A stretch of 64,000 nt of DNA from positions 10,416,001 through 10,480,000 of the forward strand of contig NC_086108.1 in NCBI RefSeq assembly GCF_963921235.1, in the 5' to 3' direction. The translations under genes were made by a program, and so were the position numbers. Every line of letters starts with the position of its first letter. The first letter of the stretch is position 1. This DNA comes from Mobula hypostoma (Eukaryota). Of this stretch, positions 25,993-34,816 are shown piece by piece. The notes beneath the pieces were generated by a model. That model worked only from the letters and a program-made list of their open reading frames with translations. It did not search any database and was not told where the DNA came from.

Positions 25993-26832
25993 CAGTACTG
26001 TGCATATATATAGGTAGTGTATTTGTCAACGTTGAGCGGAGAGCGAGTTTGTAAACTGGCTGAGCGGAGGATGTTGAGAGTGGAGAGGTGTGAGACAGGT
26101 GGCAGAGAGGGAGTGCCAGGAGCAGAATGGGGGGGGGGGCGGGTGGAGTGGTGCGGGTGCAGACACACCCAGCCCTGACACTCCAGGCAAGGTTGTTTGT
26201 TCCCAAACAATTGGTTTATTAATCATTACAGAATGTCTCTCTGGTGCTTCCCGCTCCCTCCTCTCTGCCTCCCCTCTCTCTTCCCCTTTTCCCAACCATG
26301 ATTCCCCTCTCCCTGCCCCCTTCCCACTCTCAGTCTACAAAAGAGACCCACATCAGAATCAGGTTTATCATCACTCACATATGTCATGTGAGCGTGGCCA
26401 AGTGGTTAAAGCGTTCGACTAGCGATCTGAAGGTTGTGAGTTCATAGCCCCAGTCGAGGCAGCGTGTTGTGTCCTTGAGCAAGGCACTTAATCACACAGT
26501 GCTCTGCGACGACACTGGTGCCAAGCTGTATGGATCCTAATGCCCTTCCCTTGGACTACATCGGTGTCGTGGAGAGGGGAAACTTGCAGCATGGGCAACT
26601 GCTGGTCTTCCATATAACCTTGCCCAGGCTTGTGCCCTGGAGACTGAACACTTTCCAGTGCAGATCCATGGTCTCGCAAAACTAACAGATGCCTTTACTT
26701 TACATATGTCATGAAATTTGTACTTTATTCACGGCAGCTGTACAGTGCAATACATAAAATGACTACAGTACTGTGCAAATGTTATCGGCACCCTGGCTAT
26801 ATATAGGTACCTTAGACTTTTTCTCAGTGCTG
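25993..26832. mobile_element. Second copy of the composite Tc1-like element, interrupted by a tRNA-SINE
   Basis: ta|CAGTACTGTGCA start; body colinear with 4180-4578; terminal MITE at 26766-26832 followed by TA. Confidence 0.65.
26389..26701 (+). mobile_element. tRNA-derived SINE
   Basis: Pol III A box TGGCCAAGTGG and B-box-like GAGTTCATAGC; (CTTTA)n tail; exact 12-bp TSD ACATATGTCATG (26377-26388 and 26702-26713). Confidence 0.88.
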
Positions 26833-27068
26833 TACATGGGAAGGTTGGACAAAATTGGGCATCAGAGGCTTAGGGAGACCTACGAGAGGTGTTGTAATTA
26901 TGAAAGGCACAGATAAATTAAACAGTAAGAATCTCTTCCCTTGGGTACAAAGACAACATGATTTTAAGGTTAAAAGTACAAAGTATGAAGTATAAAGTAA
27001 CTTCATTATCAGAGTACATACATGTCACCATATACAACCCTGAGATTCTTTTTCCTGCAGGCATACCC

Positions 27069-27442
27069 TGTCATGGTCCCATCTGGCAAGTCCCCATCTT
27101 GCTATTACCTCCTTAATCCCCTCGTCTGATTTCCAATCATTCCCAGTTCCACTAATTAACAGCACACCTGGTTCCCACTAGCGAACATTGGATAAGACTC
27201 TAGCCACGCTTTGCTGGTTTGTTGGTTGACTCTAGTATGAGTAAACCTCGTTTCCTGATTCCTTGGGACTGTCAGTTCTAAGCTCTGCATCATTTCCTAG
27301 ATACTCTAGTAAACCTTGTCTCTGTATAAAGACTATCCTAGATACCAGCTCCCTGTTTTCGCGGCGGTGCTAACGTCTCATGACTCTGCCTCCGCGCCTG
27401 TGTCCTGCACATGGGTTCACCCTCAGCCTCGTCCTTGCAACA
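27069..27442 (+). repeat. LTR1 (5')
   Basis: TGTCATGG...TGCAACA, 374 bp. Confidence 0.9.
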
Positions 27443-27459
27443 GAACGAACTGGCCAAGA

Positions 27460-28256
27460 ATGAACCCAGTGGACACAGACCCCGTGCAACATGCCCTTGC
27501 CTGCCAGGGCTACCAACTGGGCGCCCATGACCAATTGCTCAGAGAGGTCACGGAAAACCTTTGTGCGCTGTCCGCGAATGTGAGGAAGATCAGTGAGCAG
27601 GTTGACCGGGTATCCACTTCCTTTACTCCGTCCCTTCCAAGAACCCTGACTGACCAAACCGCACAGCCTGGGATGGCTACGCCCCTTGAATTGGCAACAC
27701 AGTTCCCTCGAGAGCCGTACATACCTGAGCCGGAACCCTATGCTGGGGACCTAGGGAAGTTCCGGGCCTTCTTATTACAATGCTCTTTGGTTTTTGAGCA
27801 ACAGCCACATATGCACACCTCGGACAGATCAAAGATCGCATTCATCACGGGGCTGTTACGAGGGGATGCCTTGGCATGTCAACCGTGAACTCGGACAACC
27901 GACCAGAAATGAGGAAGGCCTTTGAACAGCCCATTCGTGGTAAGGATGCCGCTAAGCACTTGCCAACTCTCGGTCAGGGTTCGTGAAGTGTAGCAAAATA
28001 CTCCATGGAGTTCCGAACATTAGCGGCCGACTCTGGGTGGAATGACAAGGCACTACGGGAGGCGCTCCGACAGGGCCTCTCAGGTAAGGTAAAAGATGAA
28101 CTGGCAGCGAGGGATGACGCGGACAGCCTGGACTCTCTGATTTCTCTAGCCACCAGGCTCGATAATCGACTCCAAGAGCATCTGAGAGAAAAGACCAGTC
28201 GCCCCGCTCCTTGTGTGGCTTTCATCCAAAGACAACCCTCTCGAAAACGAGCCTAA
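27460..28256 (+). pseudogene. gag: Disrupted gag (sushi/PEG10-RTL-like capsid), copy 1
   Basis: ATG at 27460; PEPEPYAGDLGKFRAFLLQC..SKIAFITGLLRGDALA, then a stop and frame change to [33 protein letters not shown]. Confidence 0.85.
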
Positions 28257-28663
28257 GAAACTTGCCCCTCACTTCCTGGGGCCTTTCAAGGTCGAAAGTA
28301 TCATCAACCTCACAGCAGTCCAACTTAGACTACCAAGATCTATGCACATCCGCCCTACTTTTCATGTTTCCCAATTAAAATCACTTTCCGTCAGTCCCTT
28401 GTGTCCTCCGACTGAAACCCCTCCACCCGCCTGGATCATCGACAATCATCCGGCATACACCGTCCGGCGGATACTTGATGTGCGCCGTTGGGGCAGGGGC
28501 CTCCAATACCTGGTCGACTGGGAAGGGTACGGCCCAGAGGAGCATTCCTGGGTTCCCCGCTCCTTCATCCTAGACCCCTCCCTCATCCAAGACTTCCATT
28601 GGGACCATCTGGACAAGCCTGGACGATCGCCTGGAGGCTCCCTTTTGGGGCGGGGGGGTGTAA
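28213..28663 (+). pseudogene. Integrase C-terminal GPY/F module plus chromodomain, copy 1
   Basis: [56 protein letters not shown]. Confidence 0.88.
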
Positions 28664-29055
28664 TGTCACGGTCCCGTCTGGCAATTTTCCATCTTGCTAT
28701 TACCTCCTTAACTGGACCTTAATCCCCTCGTCTGATTTCCAATCATTCCCAGTTCCACTAATTACAGCACACCTGGTTCCCATTAGCGAACGTTGGATAA
28801 AGATCCGGCAGCAGAGCCATGCAACGCCAGTTCGTTGGTCGACTCTAGTGTGAGTAAACCTCGTTTCCTGATTCCTTGGGACCGTTAGTTCTAAGCTCCA
28901 CACCATTTCCTAGATACTCTAGTAAACCTTGTCTCTGTATAAAGACTATCCTAGATACCAGCTCCCTGTTTTCGCGGCGGTGCTAACGCCTCATGACTCT
29001 GCCTCCGCGCCTGTGTCCTGCACATGGGTTCACCCTCAGCCTCGTCCTTGCAACA
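28664..29055 (+). repeat. LTR2 (shared, chimeric)
   Basis: TGTCACGG...TGCAACA; 5' part resembles LTR3, 3' part resembles LTR1. Confidence 0.9.
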
Positions 29056-29072
29056 GAACGAACTGGCCAAGA

Positions 29073-29869
29073 ATGAACCCAGTGGACACAGACCCCGTGC
29101 AACATGCCCTTGCCTGCCAGGGCTACCAACTGGGTGCCCATGACCAATTGCTCAGAGAGGTCACGGAAAACCTTTGTGCGCTGTCCGCGAATGTGAGGAA
29201 GATCAGTGAGCAGGTTGACCGGGTATCCACTTCCTTTACTCCGTCCCTTCCAAGAACCCTGACTGACCAAACCGCACAGCCTGGGATGGCTACGCCCCTT
29301 GAATTGGCAACACAGTTCCCTCAAGAACCGTACATACCTGAGCCGGAACCCTATGCTGGGGACCTAGGGAAGTTCCGGGCCTTCTTATTACAATGCTCTT
29401 TGGTTTTTGAGCAACAGCCACATATGCACACCTCGGACAGATCAAAGATCGCATACATCACGGGGCTGTTACGAGGGGATGCCTTGGCATGTCAACCGTG
29501 AACTCGGACAACCGACCAGAAATGAGGAAGGCCTTTGAACAGCCCATTCGTGGTAAGGATGCCGCTAAGCACTTGCCAACTCTCGGTCAGGGTTCGTGAA
29601 GTGTAGCAAAATACTCCATGGAGTTCCGAACATTAGCGGCCGACTCTGGGTGGAATGACAAGGCACTACGGGAGGCGCTCCGACAGGGCCTCTCAGGTAA
29701 GGTAAAAGATGAACTGGCAGCGAGGGATGACGCGGACAGCCTGGACTCTCTGATTTCTCTAGCCACCAGGCTCGATAATCGACTCCAAGAGCATCTGAGA
29801 GAAAAGACCAGTCGCCCCGCTCCTTGTGTGGCTTTCATCCAAAGACAACCCTCTCGAAAACGAGCCTAA
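29073..29869 (+). pseudogene. gag: Disrupted gag, copy 2
   Basis: Near-identical to copy 1, with the same lesions. Confidence 0.85.
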
Positions 29870-30276
29870 GAAACTTGCCCCTCACTTCCTGGGGCCTTTC
29901 AAGGTCGAAAGTATCATCAACCTCACAGCAGTCCAACTTAGACTACCAAGATCTATGCACATCCGCCCTACTTTTCATGTTTCCCAATTAAAATCACTTT
30001 CCGTCAGTCCCTTGTGTCCTCCGACTGAAACCCCTCCACCCGCCTGGATCATCGACAATCATCCGGCATACACCGTCCGGCGGATACTTGATGTGCGCCG
30101 TTGGGGCAGGGGCCTCCAATACCTGGTCGACTGGGAAGGGTACGGCCCAGAGGAGCATTCCTGGGTTCCCCGCTCCTTCATCCTAGACCCCTCCCTTATC
30201 CAAGACTTCCATTGGGACCATCTGGACAAGCCTGGACGATCGCCTGGAGGCTCCCTTTTGGGGCGGGGGGGTGTAA
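29826..30276 (+). pseudogene. Integrase C-terminus plus chromodomain, copy 2
   Basis: Translation identical to ORF 28213..28722. Confidence 0.88.
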
Positions 30277-30666
30277 TGTCACGGTCCCGTCTGGCAATTT
30301 TCCATCTTGCTATTACCTCCTTAACTGGACCTTAATCCCCTCGTCTGATTTCCAATCATTCCCAGTTCCACTAATTACAGCACACCTGGTTCCCATTAGC
30401 GAACGTTGGATAAAACTCCGGCAGCAGAGCCATGCAACGCCAGTTCGTTGGTCAACTCTAGTGTGAGTAAACCTCGTTTCCTGATTCCTTGGGACCGTTA
30501 GTTCTAAGCTCCACATCATTTCCTGGATACTCTAGTAAACCTTGTCTCCGTGTAAAGACTCTCCTGGATACTGGTTCCCCGTTCGCAACGGTGCTAACGC
30601 CTCATGACTCTGCCTCCACACCTGTCTCCTGCACACGGGTTCGTCCTCAGCCTTGTCCTTGCAACA
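30277..30666 (+). repeat. LTR3 (3')
   Basis: TGTCACGG...TGCAACA, 390 bp. Confidence 0.9.
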
Positions 30667-31456
30667 TACGCAGTAAATCTATAGAACGGTAACTGTAAAC
30701 AGGATCAATGAAAGAGCAGGAGCATTGAAGACACACACTGTGTAAGTGCAATTATAGCTGTGTACATACATCTACTGATGCTTCTGGACACATCTTCAGT
30801 GATGTTCCTGGAATCATCGGGTGTTTCAACATCATACAACCTCCTCCAGGTGACCCAGCCGGGGCTGATCAGACCCCAGCTTGTGTCCAGATGGCTAGCT
30901 ACTTATGACTCCATGGCTCCCCTCTTCTGAGCCACAGCCATCTTGAGGCCCTTTCTGCTGCATCGGTGGTACTGCGGAAAATAAATAGCAATAAATAACA
31001 AGAGCGTGAGATAACAAGATAAAGAATCCTTACAGAAGAGATCATTGGTTGAGGGAACATCTCAATAGATATTATCTTATTTTGTTCACGAGCTTGATGG
31101 ATGAAGGGTAGTAACTGGTTTTGAACCTGGTGATGCGAATCCTTCTACCTGATGGCAACAATGAGAAAAGAGCATGGCTTGTGTGGTGAGGATGGATCAA
31201 AGGGAGGGGAGGCTGGTTTAAAGGTAACGTGAAGGGCAAGTTATTTCTACAAAGAGTGGAAGGTGCCTGGGATGGGTTACCAGGGGTAGTAGTGGAATCG
31301 GTCTGCTTGGAGTCTACCAGACTTTTGGATAGACACATGAATGTGAAGGGAATGGAGGGGTATGGATTATACACAGGAGGAGAACATTGAATATAAAGCA
31401 GCATCAAGATCGGTACAGCATTGTGGACCAAATGGCCTGCTCTGTGTTCTGTGATC

Positions 31457-31895
31457 TCAGAATCAGAATTCGGATTAATATCGCTGGCATATGTTGGGAA
31501 ATTTGGTAATTTTGTGGCAGCACTACATGATAAGTAGAGGAAAAAATCTGAATTACTGTAATGACATGTATGTGTATTAAACTGCTGTTAAAATAAGTAG
31601 AGTAAAACCAGACATAAAATAACGTAGTGAGGTGGTGTTCATGCGTTTAATGTCCATTCAGAAATCAGATGGCAGAGGGGAAGAAGCTGTTCCTGAATCG
31701 TTGAGTGTGTGCCTTCAGACTCCTGTACCTCCTCCCTGATGGTATCACTGAGAAGAGGGCATGACCTGGGCGATGGGGGTCCTGAATAATGGATGCCACC
31801 CTCTTGAGGTACTGTCCTTGAAGATGTCTTGGATACTATGGAGGCTAGTGCCCATGATGGAGCTGACTAATATTTACAACTTACTGCAACTTACT
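31457..31895 (-). mobile_element. Rex1/Babar 3' fragment
   Basis: (TCTGAT)n tail and the shared 3' sequence. Confidence 0.7.
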
Positions 31896-31999
31896 TCTTT
31901 CTGAGTGAGACAATTAACAAATTGGGAGTCAGGCTGACAGAGAGATGATCAAACGTTTGGAACCTGATGGCTTTTCAACAACTGGGGCTGCTGGATAAG

Positions 32000-32142
32000 G
32001 AGGGAAATTAAAGATGCTCATCGAAGGGATGGTCTGGGATTTTACAAAGAGGGAGTTTAAAGATGCTCATGGAAGGAAAGGTCTGGGATTTTTACGAGAA
32101 GGGAGCTTAAAGATATTCATCAAAGGGATGGTCTGGGATTTT
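32000..32142. repeat. ~49-bp minisatellite, 3 copies
   Basis: aggga..ttaaagatgctcat.gaaggga.ggtctgggatttt repeated three times. Confidence 0.85.
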
Positions 32143-32194
32143 GGAGGAACTGCAGTTGGGAAAAGCAGAGAACTCGTGGTGGGGAGGAGGTAAG

Positions 32195-32420
32195 GTACAG
32201 TGGGAACCAGGCAGTGCTGCTGCCTCACATTCCATCTGAATCGGGTTCAATCGAGTCTGTGTGGAGTTTGCACGTTCTCCCTGTGGCTACACGAGTTTCC
32301 TCCTTTTATTCCCATATCCCAAAGACAAGGTGGGTTAACTGACTCCTCTAAATTACTCCTTGCGTGTAGGTCAGTGGTAGATGCCAAGGGAGAAATTAGT
32401 GGAGTGGTGGATTGAACAGA
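32195..32420 (+). mobile_element. Degenerate V-SINE (HE1-like)
   Basis: gggttcaat..tctgtgtggagtttgcacgttctccctgtg..cccaaagac V-domain-like core. Confidence 0.6.
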
Positions 32421-33194
32421 TTAGAGAAAATTATTGGGGATTGGGACTGCATTTTCTCTGGCCTCCTTACGAGAGCAGGTTAATACAGAAAACAGCTTGA
32501 TGCTAATGAGGAGAGTATGTCCCTCTTTACACCTTACTTCAGTGCAGAGTCCAATGCAGTGGTCCTTCTTTCTGTATCTTCATCTTGTGTTGCTCTAGCT
32601 TGGCCAGCGTTCCCAATGCCTGGGAAAGTCTCACAATTACATCCTTCCTTTTACATTCTGCTTGCCCACCTACTGCTTGCTGTGCCACAGCTGTTTTGGG
32701 CAGCAATGGAGATCCTACATCCCTGTCTGTCCTTGGCCATCATTTCTGTTGTGCCCCAGGTGTAGTTCAGGGTCCTCATTTCTACCTCTGCGGTATGGCA
32801 CCAAGTTGTCTTTGGCCTCTCACTCTTCCTCCACCCTTCAGGGATCCAGTGGAGCGCTGTCCTGATGCTGGAGTTGGCCTCTCTTCTCACCACGTGCCCA
32901 GTCCATTAAAGGAGTAGGGCGTGGTTGGAGAAGATGCAGAAGATCTTCTGGAGGCTGGTGGTGTGGAACGACGACAGTTCGGCAAGGTCCCACTCTGTCA
33001 GGTGCCAGCATTCTGACCCGTACAAGAGCATGGACAGGGGAGACTTCCGGTAGCGCTCATGGAGTGAAGTCGCGTTCTTGACTCGCTCCATTACCTCTGA
33101 GTTTTTTCTCTCTATGGTCAGCTATACTTTAATTAACTATTAAGGCATCAATTTTTACAATACTTTGAATTAAACTGAATTCTCTGACAATTGG

Positions 33195-34094
33195 ATGATA
33201 CTGAGATCGGCTATGTCTAAGAACGGGAAAGACGGCAAGGATGGTAAACCTCCGGTTAAACCGAAAGCTACGGATCTCCCTCCGACTGAATCACCGGTGA
33301 CTTTGAAAGCGATATCGGAGTTAATTCAGAGGGAAATTTCAACCTCTGTTAGGGAGATGATTCGTACAGAAATTATGGGCTTTGTTAAAGACCTGATTCA
33401 TACGGAAATCTCAACTAAGTTCCAGAAAATTGCCGATTTAATTGATAAGATGCAAACATGTATTGCGGAACATCAGTCGGCTATATCTGATCTTCAAAAA
33501 TCCGCGCAACAAAGTGAGCTTAAGATGGGGAAAGTCGAAGAAACAATTAATGTAATGAAGAAGAAACTTGACTTTTTGACTTTTAAAAACTCTGACTTGG
33601 AATCTAGAATGCGACGGCAGAATTTACGAATGATTGGCGTCAGGGAAGCCGTGGAAGCTAACAACCCTATGAAATATTTCTCCCAACTTTTAAAAGATGC
33701 ATTCCCTACTGTATTTCCTGACCAACCACCGCTACTGGATCGTGTTCACAGAATCCCATCATACTCGTCTAGGTCAGATAGACCGAGGCATGTTATCTTA
33801 CGTTTTCATTACTTTCAAGACAAGGAGAGACTGTTTCGATTCGCTCGATCTAAAGGTTTCATTGATTTTTCGGATCTTAAGTTCCGATTCGTGGAAGATT
33901 TCAGTAAACCAATCTGGGACCAACGGGTCCGTTACAGATCCGTGATGTCGGAATTCTATAAGATGGATTTAAGACCAGCGCTGCTGTACCCTGCACGTCT
34001 AAGGATTCGCATGTTAGATGGAGCCCTTCGTTTTTTTGATTCTCCATCGGATGCCCAGAGTTATCTGGATCAACTTTCATCTTCAACATCTTAA
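33195..34094 (+). CDS. L1 ORF1p (coiled coil, RRM, CTD), 299 aa
   Basis: Heptad-rich N-terminal half; DLESRMRRQNLRMIGVRE; DRVHR; FVEDFS; LLYPARLRI. Confidence 0.93.
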   Translation: MILRSAMSKNGKDGKDGKPPVKPKATDLPPTESPVTLKAISELIQREISTSVREMIRTEIMGFVKDLIHTEISTKFQKIADLIDKMQTCIAEHQSAISDLQKSAQQSELKMGKVEETINVMKKKLDFLTFKNSDLESRMRRQNLRMIGVREAVEANNPMKYFSQLLKDAFPTVFPDQPPLLDRVHRIPSYSSRSDRPRHVILRFHYFQDKERLFRFARSKGFIDFSDLKFRFVEDFSKPIWDQRVRYRSVMSEFYKMDLRPALLYPARLRIRMLDGALRFFDSPSDAQSYLDQLSSSTS

Positions 34095-34816
34095 TTGCCT
34101 TTTTTTAAATTTTCTCCGTTGATCGGAGGCTGTGAATTGGTTGGTTTTAACTTTTCTGTGCCCTATTTGGGCAGAAAAGTTTACTTTCGATTTCTTAATA
34201 TGGCTGCTAAACTTTCTTTTTAACTGCGTCATTTCTTTCTTTTCCCAGGGGATTCTGAGTGGTTACTTCCCTTTTGTCATCTTACGTATTTCCTGTGCGG
34301 CCTTAAATTTTGTAGTTTTTTTTAAATTTTATTCTGTTTTGCTTTTTATAATCATTTTATGTTAATAATCCTATTTTTTTTTGTTGCTGTGTCTATTCAT
34401 GAGTTTGAGGTTTATTGTGGTTTTTTTTTAATATATACTTTCCGGCTTTTGTTCTGTTCTGTGTGTATTTTAATTGAGCTAACTTTTTTTTACTTATTTT
34501 TTTACTGTTTTACAATTAGCTGACCCTTTTCATATTTATACCTTTTTTTTAGGGAGCGTATACCGGAAGTCATGGGGGTAGTTTTAGCGCTTGCTTCTTT
34601 CTGGCGGGTCTGCTTTAGATTTCGCCTTGGGGTCTTGGGGTGGGGGGTGGTGGGAGGGGCTTCACGTTTTAGTTTGTTTCTCTTTGGGCTATATACATTA
34701 TTGAAGTATTGGTTGCGTCCTTTTCCCCGGTATCTTTTGTATGTTCTGTTTCCTCTCCGGGTTTGTGGGTCGCGCCTATTGTCAATCCTCCTTGTTATGG
34801 GTTGACTTTAGGATTT

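Larger units (their letters stand above)
27069..30666 (+). mobile_element. Tandem non-autonomous Ty3/Gypsy chromovirus (Tf1/sushi-like), LTR-I-LTR-I-LTR
   Basis: Three TG..CA LTRs; two 1221-bp internal regions at 1613-bp period; G-rich PPT before LTR2 and LTR3; 5-bp TSD TACCC/TACGC (one mismatch). Confidence 0.93.

Noticed and set aside
26389..26460. tRNA gene
   Set aside because: It is a SINE head: degenerate B box, no full cloverleaf, continues into a SINE body flanked by a TSD.
27316..27888. Domesticated PEG10/RTL-like host gene
   Set aside because: The ORF lies inside an LTR-bounded element with a TSD, is truncated by a stop and frame change, and the track start is a non-ATG codon within the LTR.
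34709..34816. 36-aa N-terminal extension of L1 ORF2 in the ORF track
   Set aside because: It starts at a TTG; the endonuclease homology begins just after the ATG at 34817.
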